Notes under the pieces: generated by a model
Told to the model about the DNA's origin: nothing
Databases searched by the model: none
The model's input: only the letters and a program-made list of their open reading frames with translations
In this document: piece by piece, positions 38,721-51,289 of the stretch
How the letters are laid out: each line of letters opens with the position of its first letter
Numbering within the stretch: position 1 is the first letter of the stretch
NCBI RefSeq assembly: GCF_006345805.1
Contig: NC_043001.1
Coordinates: forward strand, 46,996,001 to 47,060,000
Length of the DNA: 64,000 nt
Source: Octopus sinensis
Lineage: Eukaryota
Reading direction: 5' to 3'
Position numbers and translations under genes: made by a program

Positions 38721-38795
38721 TTATGAAGAAGAATTTATAAGTGTGGGATGGTTGCCTATACTCACATGTAATCATATTTGTGACATATTTTACAG

Positions 38796-38896
38796 TGAAA
38801 CCAAAGTTGGAGATCAAGGTAATAAGAAATTGTATATACAATGTAACAGCACAATGTTCTTTACCTGCGACACGTATAGAATGTTACCTTAGAAAG
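38796..38896 (+). CDS. Ig-like gene exon (101 bp, phase 1-0): VKPKLEIKVIRNCIYNVTAQCSLPATRIECYLRK
   Basis: TTTTACAG|TG...AAG|GTAAGT, a perfect donor; frame continuous with neighbouring exons. Confidence 0.85.
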
Positions 38897-39893
38897 GTAA
38901 GTAAACAGAATTCTTTTTATCTGTGTTTATCTTTGTACCATTAACCTACTCAACTTTGGGGTAAGGAGTGGAATATTTATATTAGACAAACAATTTGGAA
39001 CAAGCATAATTATGTGCCTTGGTCAGGAGCACAGCACAAGGACTTCAGTAAAATTTGAACTGATGGACTATGTGGTCACTTGTCTAGCTACTACTTTACT
39101 ACACAATCATTGTTTTTGATTCTGGATTCCTTTTTAACTATTGTAATCATATTGGATTGCAGTCTTTGGGTGTAATAACATCTATAATTCCATCTGTATT
39201 TCTCTAGGACTTGAGCCTTATATAAGTTTTAGAATTTTTTATTTCTACTCCAATATTTCTTGATCCTTAAAAGGAAACAGTTTTAGTGATGCAGTCTTGG
39301 TTATCTGGTATTTGTAGAAACTACAATGAGAGGTTCTAAGAGACGGTATAACCTAAAATTCATAGAGAATGTGCAAAAGCTTAATTGTGTGTTGTTTAGG
39401 AATGGTAAGGATGTTGTGTGTGTTTCCTTGATTTGTGTCATGTTTTTCAGTATAGTGGAATAAAACTAAAATGTCAAACTCAAATTTCAGAATATCTCCA
39501 AGTCCTTTTAGTTAATGAAAGATATACTTTGACAAAGTCAACAAATTTTGTGTGATAACACTTAGTTGCAGAAGATGGTTTCTGGAATAAAAGTGTTGTA
39601 TATTTAGAACTGTGTTCAATGCTTGTTCTATCAACTTCTCTTATACTATATCAGCGAAGAACTTATTCATAATATCAAGTAAGTCATCCATGTAGGTCTT
39701 TCATGTGCCATAGTTAGTTCTGGTTACTTGTTAGAGTATCCTAATAATATTGTATCAAATAATTATGTTAATAAGTCAAGAAATTTAATTAGAAATGAAT
39801 AGAGAAATGAATGTGATAGAATAAAAGTGTACTTCCTGATGCTTTTTAATTATCTTCTCTCTCGTTCTCTCTAACCATCTCTCTCTCTCTCTG

Positions 39894-39945
<52 letters not shown>

Positions 39946-39967
39946 GCTTTTCTTTTTTTCCTCTCAG

Positions 39968-40130
39968 ATTCCTACTGAATTTATTGCAATCCAAAGAAAT
40001 ACATGTCCTGATGGGAAAACTGTCACCAATGATGTTATACTAAATGTTAGTTCTTCAGCTACTGGAAAAGTGGAATGTATTTTCACTATGAAAGATTTAT
40101 TCAAGGAGAAACGATTTATAGACTTTCAAT
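39968..40130 (+). CDS. Ig-like gene exon (163 bp, phase 0-1): IPTEFIAIQRNTCPDGKTVTNDVILNVSSSATGKVECIFTMKDLFKEKRFIDFQ
   Basis: Long polypyrimidine tract ending CTCTCAG; donor T|GTAAGG; open frame. Confidence 0.85.
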
Positions 40131-40585
40131 GTAAGGGAGTATTTTCATAATGTTTATAAATTATATTGAAAATTGTGTTTAATTTTTTAATGCTTAAATA
40201 TATTGACTGTAAACTTTTTGTATCATTCCCAACTTCCTTAAAATATATTTTGTGTGTTATTTCATAATTAATATATTTATTGTAAATTGGATGATCCTGA
40301 TATTAGTGTCACTCATAATGTGCTTTTATGTCTACTGCTATAAACACTATTAAATCTTCCTTAAAAGAATCATATTAAAATGATCTGCGATCTCATTTAA
40401 ATACTTGTAAGGATCTGTTACTCTCTAAAAATTAAGGGTCTAATACTCTCTGTATATTAAGGAGCTGTTAGTTCTCAAATATTAAGGATCTGTTACTCTT
40501 CAAATATCAAATATATATTACTCTCAAAATATTATGGAACTCTGTTATTCTGTAAATATTAAAGATCTACTAGTCTCTTTATATT

Positions 40586-40800
40586 GGTTTCACATTTTGG
40601 CACAAGGCCAGTAATTTTTGGGCAGGGGTGAATCAATTACATCGCGCCCAGTACTCAGCTGGTTCTTATTTTGCCAACCCTGAGAGAATGAAAGGCAAAG
40701 TTGACCATAGCAGCATTTGAACTCAATATGTAAAGACAGACAAAATGCTGTTAAACATTTTGCCTGGCATGCTAATGATTCTGCCAGTTCACCACCTTTG
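40586..40800 (-). mobile_element. SINE family B with 16-bp TSD
   Basis: CTAGTCTCTTTATATT (40570-40585) / CTACTCTCTTTATATT (40801-40816). Confidence 0.8.
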
Positions 40801-40904
40801 CTACTCTCTTTATATTATGAAATTGTTACTCTCTAAATAATAAGGCTTAATAACTCTCCAAATATTAAGGAACCTTAAATATTTGGGAGCTGTCGTTGCC
40901 GTCA

Positions 40905-41300
40905 TCGTCGTTGTCGTCATCATCATCATCATTTAACATCCGTTTTCCACGCTAGCATGGGTTGGACGGTTTGACCGGGGTCTGGAAGCCATGGAGGCTG
41001 CACCAGGCTCTAGTCTGATTTGGCAGTGTTTCTACAGCTGGATGCCCTTCCTAACACCAACCACTCCGTGAGTGTAGTGGGTGTTTTCTTTGTGCCACTG
41101 GCACAGGGGCCAGAGTAGGCTGGCAAACGGCCATGATCGGTTGGTGCTTTTACGTGTCACCAACACGGATGCCAGCCAGGCGGCGCTGGCATCTGCCATG
41201 TTTGGACGGTGCTTTTTATGTGTCACTGGCACGGGTGTCTTAACTACAATTTCCATTTGAATTTTTATTTTGATGTTGATGTACTTGACTCAATAGGTCT
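40905..41300 (-). mobile_element. RTE family A 3' UTR/tail
   Basis: Same terminus and internal repeats as 35310-35910. Confidence 0.85.
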
Positions 41301-42701
41301 CCTCTTTAAATATTAAAATTTGTGTATCATGAAACTATTACTTCCTAAATATCAAGAAACTGTTAATTCTTAATGATCTATTACTCTCTAAATATTAAGG
41401 AATTGTTAACTCACTAAGTATTAAAGATTCATTAGCTTCTAAATACTTAGGTGATGATAAACTCTATAATTAATGTTACATCAATTCCAAAATTATTTGT
41501 CATTTCCAAGCATGAAAAGCTGAGATAATATTTTTGTTATTTATTGGATCTGGGTTATCACCTTTGGAATGATTTATGTATGTTAGGAGATAAGAAAAAA
41601 GACATTTGTCATCTTTTTGTGCTTATAGGACAGCAATGTACATCATGGTCATTGAAACATATGTAGTAAGGTGCTTTAGATATGACAAGAATTAAAATAG
41701 TAGAAGTGATACTTGTACCATTGGCAATTAAATATGGAATCTAGAGCAGATTTATGTTTCCATGAGCAGTTGTGAATAGAAACTTTGAATGGTAGTAGAA
41801 GTAATTACTATGCTCCATCTACAATAAGAAAGTTAATTGGCTTAAATATCACTTAGTTCTCTATAATATACTTTTAGAGCCAGCAAAGAAGCACCAGTGT
41901 AATCACTGATTAGAAATACCTCCTATCACATCCTGACATCTTAAAAATGAAGGGTGATATCAGATAATATTATCCTAGATATACACTCTTCTGTTATGGT
42001 AATTTACTAGTTGTTTATACCAGCCATTTCCTATAGACCTCTATCACACAGGTACCATAACTTTCTACATCCCTCTATTTCATTTGCTATCTATCAAGTG
42101 TAATCTACCATAGCTAGCCATGATACTTTTCACTATCCTCTACTCATTAACCATGTACCCGCTGTAGTCTACCATAATCTATACTGCAAACCTCTACCTT
42201 GTGACCACCTACTGACTCTACTCTATCATTGCTCCTTACCATGATACTTTTTCATATCCCTCAACCTCATTAGTCTACCAAAATCATCTTCTAATAGGCT
42301 TCTACCATAGGACTTCTAATATCACTACAACAACACCTGTTCATTATAACTTGTAGTCGAAAAGCTACACTTAAATAAACCATTCATTTTATATCTAAAC
42401 ACTATTCTCAACACATTGCCCAATCATTTCTCCCATAAATTCAACAACATGAAACTCCACATTTCTGTATTTTCCACTCAGTCACTAAACTGAGTCAACA
42501 TGATTGTATCCAAAGATCCAAATTAATCTATAACTTCATCCAATTAACCCTATTCCTGAGTCCAGAAGTAAAAATTTTATAAACAGTACGTTTCTTCAGA
42601 CTAAATAAAACTCATTTGGCTAATTCGAACCTCTTAAATTACACAAATATACTTATTTTTAATAAATACTAAGTTATGTATTATATTGATTATCTTTGTA
42701 G

Positions 42702-42820
42702 GTGCTGCTTCACCAGGAGTAAAAACTGATGATGATACTGACTCAGGGTTTTACATATTCAGACCATGCACAAACCTTCTCCTGGGAATCATAATTGCTC
42801 TAATCATATTCAAGAATTAA
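42702..42820 (+). CDS. Ig-like gene last coding exon: CAASPGVKTDDDTDSGFYIFRPCTNLLLGIIIALIIFKN*, GPI-signal-like
   Basis: TATCTTTGTAG acceptor, phase 1; polar spacer then terminal hydrophobic stretch with no cytoplasmic tail. Confidence 0.8.
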
Positions 42821-42862
42821 AAAGTAGCAGGAAGAATCTAATATGCATTGTGAATTTCTTAC

Positions 42863-42936
<74 letters not shown>

Positions 42937-43834
42937 AATATATATAAATATATATAGATCATCATCATTGTTTAATATCCGTTTTCCATGGTGGCATGGG
43001 TTGGACGGTCTGATCAGGGACTGGCAAGCCAGGAGGCCACACCAGGCTCCAATCAGATCTTGCAGTGTTTCTACAGCTGGATGCTCTTCCCATCGCCAAC
43101 CACTCTGAGAGTGTAGCGGATGCTTTATTTATATATAGATATAGATATATATATTGTTAGAAAATATATATTCTGAGATCAATCTCCCTTGTGAACTTCT
43201 GCTGTTTTGTCTTGAATTACCAGTGTTGATTTAGATGTAAACCACTCAGACATGTTAAGAATTATCTAATTCTGGTTAACATAGATATCCAAATTTGAAG
43301 TTATTTCTGAGATGAGATTAGAGGTAAAGGTAGAGTCTGGTGAAAAAAAATTACATTGATGTCCAAATGACAAATGTTTTGCCTTAGGAATAATACCAAG
43401 TAATAAGAAAGGAAGCAAGGTGTCAAGTTCACATAACATGGAGAGTAACTGCACTCAGGAGATTTGCCAATGCTCTGTAATGAGAGGATCAGAATTCTGA
43501 GATGTTCTATAATGTGAAACAGTATATCTCATGGGAGGTGGGGGTGGGGAACTGTATTTGAAATAACAGATGTATACTTATTTTCACTGCCACTAAGAAC
43601 AAAGAGGCTTGGAAATATGAAAAGTTCCTGAATGTCAAAAAATGTGTAGGGCAGGTGGGGAGAGGAACTACAATAAAGCATCCAGCTATATCAAGCAGGT
43701 GGATAAAAAGGCAGTACTTGGATTCGAACACTGCTAAGCAATCACTCTATATAGTAAAATGTTCTGAAAATATCTACTCTCCACAATCACAACACATGTC
43801 AGATTATTGATGATGATCATGATAGTCATGATGA

Positions 43835-45245
43835 TGATCATCATTTAGTATCTGCTTTCCATGCTGGCATGGGTTAGATGGTTTGTTTGAAATTGGTAAG
43901 CTGGAGATTTGGAGAGCTGTACTGGGTTCCAATCTGATTTAGCATGGTTTCTACAGCTGGATGCCCTTCCTAACACTCTTAGAGTGTAATGGGTACTTTT
44001 TATGTGTCACTGGCACAGGTGCCAGTTGTGTGACTTTGGCATTGGCCACAACTATAATTTCACTTGGCTTGATGAGTCTTTTGAAGCATGGCATATCTCT
44101 ATAGGTCTCAGTCACTTGTTATCACCTTTGTGAGGCCCAACATTCGAAGGGTGCTTTTTATGTGCCACTAGCATGTGTACCAGTTATGTGACACCAGCAT
44201 CAACCATGACTACAGTTTCTCTTGGCTTGACACATTTTATCAAGCACAACATATCACTAAAAGTCTCAGTCACTTATCATTGTTTTCATGTAGCCCAATG
44301 TTTGAAGATCATGCTTTACCACCTTATCCTATGTCTTCCTGGGTCTACCTCTATCACAGGTTCCCTCCACAGTTAGAGTGTGACACTTTTTTTACACAGC
44401 TGTCCTCATCCATATGCATCACATGATCATAGCATAGTTGTCTCTCTTTCATACCACATCTGATGTCTCTTATGCCCAACTTTTCTCTCAAGACACTTAC
44501 ACTCTGTTGTACATGCACACTGACATTGCACATCCAGCAAAGCATACTTGCTTTATTTCTTTCAAGCTTATGCATGTACTCGACGTTCACAGCCCATGCT
44601 TCACTGCTGTGTAGCATGGCCATTCATACACAGACATCATACAGTCTGCCTTTCACTCTGAGGGAGAGGCCCTTAGTTACTAATAGAGATAGGTGTTCTC
44701 TGAACTTTGTTCAGCCTATTCTTATTCTAGCAGCTATGCTCTTGGAGCATCCACCTCTACCGCTGACTTGGTCACTTAGATAGCAGAAGCTATCAACTAC
44801 TTCTAGTTTCTCCCCTAGCATTTGATGGAGTCTATTTTCTGTAAATCATTAGTATTCATTGTACTTGCACACCTTCCACACACAAAAATTATTTTCCCTG
44901 TTAACCTTCCTCTGATATTGCTGCACTTCTTATGTGTCCTCTGTTATTGCCTGGCGAACTATGATGAACAAGAGAGGGCTGAGGACTGATCCTTAGTGAA
45001 TCCCTACTTGTACCTTGAATTCATCACTATACTCATTGCCAACCCTCACTTTGTCAGCTTCCCTGTACATGGCTTGTTCAGCTCTAACCAACCACTCATC
45101 TATCCCTAGCTTTTTGCATAAGGGATTGGCAAACCCTGTCAAAGGCTTTCTCAATGTCAACAAAGCTAGGTACAAAGGTTTATTTTTGGTAGGGTACTTC
45201 TCCTGCAGCTGCCTTTGCAAAAATTGTACAGAACTTACTGCCAAA
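43835..45245 (-). mobile_element. Decayed RTE family A copy
   Basis: LQEKY..KPLYLA; KLGIDEWLVRA; LHSSEAWAV; tail at ~43835. Confidence 0.85.
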
Positions 45246-45429
45246 TGCTATACTGGCATTTTTGCTATTGAAAATCGAAATGTACCAACTTCACTGCTAA
45301 CGACTCCTAATTTTATAACATCTGTTGAAATTACAACTACAATGTAGTGATGCCAACTCAAGTGTATATGCAACTATATTTCCCCTAGTCTTGAGTGTGT
45401 TACTTATCTGCTTCTCAATGCAATGAGCT

Positions 45430-46170
45430 CTTTCTGCTATATCATCTTTTACTCCTCTTCTAATTCTACCTTCATAATTGCATTACCCACAAAAAATTTG
45501 AAAATTGCCAGCATTATTCCCTTGTTCAAAAGGAGTGACCACACATCACTTGCCAATTATCAACTAGTCAGTCTCACCAGCCGTATCACTAAACTGATGC
45601 AGTCCCATATCTGGAATACATTCTGGAACTCTCATAAACAAATTCAATCCTCATAATTTGGATTCATCCTTCACTCCAGCTGCTATGAAAGTTCTTGAAG
45701 ACGTCATTCATATTACAAATGGGTGGCTATTACTTATTGCATCTTCATCAAAACCTTTAATTCTGTATCACTCAAGTGACTTAGGCAATTCTCTTTGAAA
45801 TGGGTGTGAGTGTTTATTTTCATAATTTGTTGAAGTTCTTTATTCTTGTATGAAAAGAGGTAGCCATGGTACTAACCACAGTACTGCACTTTATGTGATG
45901 ACGCCTGAAGTCCTTGTTCTTTGTTGCATATATTAACATGCAGACATTAAGCTGTACCTCGAAGTAAAATGCATAGATCTTATACACTAAAGATCTTTCC
46001 TACAATCTAACCTGGACATAAGGATTGTTAACTAGCAACTTAAGTTAGCTGTTGATAAGTGCATCACTATGTATTTTGGGGGCAATGAACCTGGAATGTA
46101 CCTACTGCTCTACAACTCAAACCTTAAGAAGTCTGCTGGTGAACATGACCTTGTCATTATTATCAACAAT
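45430..46170 (+). mobile_element. CR1-type LINE RT fragment
   Basis: KIASIIPLFKRSD..ANYQLVSLTSRITKLM; GEHDLVIII. Confidence 0.65.
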
Positions 46171-46429
46171 ATCAAGCCCTTACATATCAAACCCCATATG
46201 TTTTGGACTATTTCTACATATGCTTCTTTTTGGTGTTTCTTGGCTTTTGAACCTAGCTTTATGTTGATCTATGTTAAGCCTACAGTCAATTTTCTAACTG
46301 CATAGAAATTCCTCTTACATTTATCTTATCTATGAATAAAGCCACAAGAGTCCAGTATTCAGCAGAAAATAAGCCTAAAACATATGTGACTAATATTGTT
46401 GATAAAGTCACATTCACCAGCAGATTTCT

Positions 46430-47090
46430 TAAGGTTTGTGTTGTGGAAGGAGTAGGTACATTCTAGGTTTTTACTTCCCAAAATGTATAGAGTTGCATTT
46501 GACTACAGCCAGCTTAACTTCTTTGATACAGTCATTGTTTTCACTTAATCGTTCCAAGAACAGCATTCAGATCTGCTTCCTCAAAAATGGTAAAATTTAT
46601 GTATTTTGTAAGAAACAGCAATTGAGAAGGAATTACATATCATATCATTCTGATTAAACAATTTTCCAAAGCCACAGAAATTGCAAACATTACCAGAAAT
46701 AACTTTCTTGAAGAGACAGAAAAGTTTAAGTATAAACACTTCTCTGAAATTCCAGATAAAAAATACAATTAACTAGTGAATCAATCAATGTATGATACTG
46801 AAAAAGTTCTACAAGAGTTAAGAGAAGAAATTATTTGCATGAAATCTGATACTTCTTTGAAAATCTTGTTTTTCAAAGCTTTTTGAATGAGTTTGTTCCT
46901 ACTCAGCAGTACACAAATTGTTCAAAGAAAATAATACAAATCCTGCCTCCATTTGGCTCAACATATTGATGTGAAAAAAATCTTTAACTAGTTTAAAAAC
47001 GAAATAGAAATGTTATCTACAGGTAGAAAGTATACGCAAATAATCTTGCAAGCATTTATCCTAGAATTAAGGAGCTTATCAGTGAGCTAG
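46430..47090 (+). mobile_element. hAT (Charlie/ZBED5-like) transposase C-terminal remnant
   Basis: ILPPFGSTY*CEK..SLKTK matches the hAT dimerisation motif ILLPFxSTYLCE. Confidence 0.7.
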
Positions 47091-47099
47091 CTTTATTAT

Positions 47100-47360
47100 A
47101 TTATTGTTATTTCTATGTGTAAATTATGTAGATTGTATTTCCAACTTTTAAATTTTCCAAAATCATGCCAAAAGATGAAGAATTAAGTGAATAAAATCTC
47201 TGTTTTGCATTTCCATTAATAAAAGTAGGGATTGTATATGTCAGCTTCAGAAGCTCTGGCTTTGAATATTTCAAGGGTTTACTTTTGGAAAGCACAAATT
47301 TGAACTCTGTGTATAGATTTGTGTATGATGAAACAGTGTTTATATTCTTTCCCAAGATGG
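47100..47360 (-). mobile_element. Second hAT dimerisation-domain remnant, opposite orientation
   Basis: PELLKLTYTIPTFINGNAKQRFYSL..LENLKVGNTI resembles LLxLxxxIPxSNAxxERxFS..RNxL. Confidence 0.5.
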
Positions 47361-48329
47361 ACTCAGCTCCAATTATGATGAAAATATTGATTACATTGCA
47401 ATTACTAAAGGTGCTTCTAATGTTTGTTTAGGCTTTAGATATAAAGTAGCAAGGAGTATATGTTCAATTCTTCAATTCTTTTCACATAAAAAAGTATGAA
47501 TGATCTGGTGAAGGATTTAAAACTCTGGTTTGAAAAAAAGACACTTGCCTGAAGAAAATATAATAATAAGTGAAATTTTGATTTAACAGTTCATTTCTAG
47601 GTTAAAAGCCCTCTCTTTTGATATGGTCACATTTATGGATGTTTTGCTTGTTTATCTGACAGCCATATTATAAGGAGATGGCTATTTTTTTCTAATTGAT
47701 TCATCACTACAAACATTAAAAGCAGTTATATTGCATCATAAAAATTCCCAACACACATTCACTACATCTAGTAGACATTATGTTGACATGGAATTCTTTT
47801 TTAATGCAATTCAGTTCAGTGATCACTATTGGAGAAATCATAAAGTAATTCCTATGTTAAAAGCATGTAATAGGGCATTCACTAAACCGTGTTGCTTTCT
47901 TTGTCTGTTGGAGAATTGTATATAATAGAAGAGAACAGCCAACTAGATCTTCATGTATTTCTGAAAGGGAAAAAGCACTCAATTTACTCCTTCAGTTGAC
48001 CTGAAAAGGATATTTTAAACATCTTTTTTGCATAAAGCTTGCTTAAAGATAAGGCCATGGGTAAGGGAAAACTTCAAGGAATTTCAATTTCTCTCACCAA
48101 TATTTCTTTTGTTAAGGGCTGCCAAAATTAAAAAAAAGATATTAAAAGGTAAAACTTTTAATGAAACACACAACATTTTAACTAAAAACTTGACACATCT
48201 TCAAATAATTTTGAGCTAAATAAATAATTGCAGTTGAAGGCATTGTTTGTCATTACTGCCTGGTGTGTTTTTCAGCAACTACACTTTTTTCTAGCTGCGA
48301 GCTTTATCTTTTTAAGTTCTCATCTACTT

Positions 48330-48850
48330 CAAGACACTAATAAGAGTGTCACCTCTCAAGGTTCCTGATCGGGGATATATAGCTCTCTTGCAGACATTTT
48401 GAAAACAAAGATAGGAAGGGTTACATTTCTAGGTTTTCACAGGTTACCAACTCCTAACCTTTCAAAGTCATTCCATATGATATGAGTGAATGTGGGTCTC
48501 ACAGTAGAGACATCATTTTGAAAGGTGGGTGAAGAGGCTTGATATCTGGATGCAAACCAGAAGTCATTGTTGGTGATTTAGTCAGTCTACTTTATGATAT
48601 AAAGATGGAAAGTGCTGTGACATTGCTCGTAACTGAAGTAGTGACTTCAATTCTCATTCTTATAATGCAGTATGTTGAGGATGCAATCTCTGTTGACAGC
48701 AATTTTATTGCACATTGTCATCTTGCTATTCTTCCACTCTATCTTTGTCATACCACCTAGAAATGAGGCTACACTTCTCCTCCCTCTCTTGATCTCAAAC
48801 TTTAGGTAGATCAATGAAGATGGAGTCAAGGTATGTAAACTCATATACTA
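48330..48850 (-). mobile_element. Old RTE-like RT C-terminal fragment
   Basis: NKIAVNRDCILNILHYKNE..STFHL resembles TKIxVYRACILSTLLYGSE..FHL. Confidence 0.4.
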
Positions 48851-49980
48851 TCTTCAGCTCACAGTTGTTGATGGGAATACTTTGGACCAATATTTTGCCC
48901 TAGCTAATTGGTTAGTTATAAACTGTGTTATGTGCTTAACAAGGTTCATTCAGATAGACACTTAACAGAAAAATAAAACAGACTGGCAGCAAATTTGTAA
49001 AAATATGATGATTCAAACAATATCAACCATATGCCAATAAACAAATCATTCCTGCTTAGTTTTTATTAAGACTTACGGAAAATGAAGGTTTTAGTAATTA
49101 GGGAAGAAGACAAGAATCAGGTTCGATAAACAGAACAGAAGGTAGGAGATTCATATGGTATACTCAGTGTAAACTACGGGTACACAAGAGGAATATTGTA
49201 ATCACATACAAGCTGACAGAGAAAAAAGATATATGTGGCAGATGTACTAGAGGAGTTTGCAGTTAGAACACTAATAAACTAAATGCTTTCCTAAGCACAG
49301 AAGGGTCCATAAAAGTAGTTGATAACATCTGTTGACTATATGATTTGATCAGCAGTAAAAGAGAGTATACTGAAAGAGCAGTCAAAATAAGTACAGGGTA
49401 GGAAAAGTTTGGGGATCTTTTATCTCTGTTGAAAACAAAAAGAATTCTCTCTTCAAGTAAAAGTTAGATTGTATGATCCTTGTGTACAAAGTACAATGTT
49501 GCATGATAGAAAGATATAGGTATCGAATGGAGAGGTTGTGCAAAGGATAGAGAAAAATGAAGTGAACAAGTTCTGTTGGATGTGTCTTGTTAATTTGTAA
49601 AAAGAACAAGGCACAGATGAATTGAGAAAGAAATTTGGTATAAAAGGAATAAAATGTTGTATGGAAGGGAGGAGACTGCTTTGGAATAGATTTGCAGTGC
49701 ATATGAATGATGATAGTTGAGTAAAGAAGTCCAAACAGAAGGAAATTAGTGAAGTAAGACCAAGAAAGATAGAAAACTGAATTCTAGATGCTGAACCTCC
49801 AAAAGGAGATGACAATGGAATACTCTCTTTGGGAGGACCCAGTCAACCTATACAAACATACAAAAGTGGACAAAAAGGCGATTATTTTGTAGTTTTTTTA
49901 AGGCAACAAGTAAAATATGGTAGAGTGAATGAGATTGCCCCAGTTATGATGAAAAATGTGTCTGTGTATGTATGTATATA

Positions 49981-50011
<31 letters not shown>

Positions 50012-50381
50012 CATGTTATAATTTAGAACAAACAGTAAAAGGTTGTCATTATAGTACTCGGAGTTTCAAATGTCAGAGTGAAGAGCTACAATATATTCTT
50101 GTCAGCTATTAATGGCAAAATACGCTATGAAAAACCGTGAATAAAAAGGGAAGTGACTCTAACATGTAGTAAAAATATATGAAAAATACAAGCAACAATA
50201 TTCTCACAATACATAGATATAAAACCTCCGGTGTCTACATACATATACACTCACGCAAACATATATATTCACATACACACAAGCATATATATATATGTAC
50301 TTGTACATACACATATCCACACACACACACACATGCATATATATGTGTACATGTGTGTACACAACCATATCCTCATATACA

Positions 50382-51145
50382 CATGGTTGGAAAATTCCGG
50401 GGATTCCCCAAATTCCTGGGAAACCGTTCGGAAACTTCCTGGGAAGTTCCGAAGATTTCATGGAAAGTTCCGGGGATTTCCCAACTTCCTGTAAAATTGA
50501 CCGGAAACTTCCTGGAAAGTTCCTAGGATTTCAGGAAAGTTCGGAAGATTTCCTGGAAAATTCCGGGGATTTCCCGACTTCCTGGAAAATTGATCGGAAA
50601 CTTCCTGGAAAATTCCGGGGATTTCCCAACTTCATGGAAAGTTCCAGGATTTCCCAACTCACTGGAAAGTTCCTGGGATTTCCCAACTTCCTGGAAATTT
50701 GGTCTGAAACTTCCTGGAAAGTTCCGAAGATTTAATGGAAAGTTCCGGGGATTTCCAAACTTTCTGCAAAACCGTTTGGAAACTTCATGGAAAGTTCCGA
50801 TGATTTGATGGAAAGTTCCAAATTAAGTCGGAAACTTCATGGAATGTCCCGAGGACTTCATGGAAAGTTCCGGGGGATTTACCAACTTCCTGAAAACCGT
50901 TCGGAATCTTCCTGGAAAGTTCCGGGGATTTCCAACTTCCTGGAAACCCGTTCGGAAACTTCATGGAAATTTCAGGGGATTTCCCATCTTCCTGGAAAAT
51001 TGATTGGAAACTTCTTGGGAAGTTCCGAGGATTTCATGGAAAGTTCCGGGTATTCCCAACTTCCTGGAAAATTATTCGGAAACTTCCTGGAAAGTCCCGT
51101 GGATTTTATGGCAAGTTCTAAGATTTTCCTAATTCCTGGAAAGTC
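50382..51145. repeat. Quasi-palindromic minisatellite, ~73-bp unit built from 29/23/21-bp subunits
   Basis: Consensus TGGAAAGTTCCGGGGATTTCCCAACTTCC-TGGAAAATTGATCGGAAACTTCC-TGGAAAGTTCCGAAGATTTCA; first period 50389 to 50462. Confidence 0.9.
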
Positions 51146-51289
51146 GGTCGAAAACTATACTACATCCTTCAAAATTTCCACGTGTCCTGAAATCTGCCAA
51201 CAGTGCACCTGATGGCCATTTTTTTCTTTTTAGTTGTAGTGCACCTGAGCACTGTATACAACAATTTCCTTCATCCTTATACATATGTG

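Larger units (their letters stand above)
40408..41470. repeat. Degenerate ~25-bp minisatellite interrupted by SINE B and an RTE tail
   Basis: TAAGGATCTGTTACTCTCTAAAAAT-like units on both sides of each insertion. Confidence 0.7.

Noticed and set aside
49000-49830. Purine-rich stretch that may be an old LINE
   Set aside because: No diagnostic motif could be read, so it was left unclassified.
50382-51145. CRISPR-like appearance of the palindromic array
   Set aside because: No unique spacers, no cas genes, eukaryotic context.
50295-51212. Overlapping ORFs of 72-146 aa (KLPGKFRGFP repeats)
   Set aside because: By-product of a stop-poor tandem repeat that is open in several frames; no domain or splice support.
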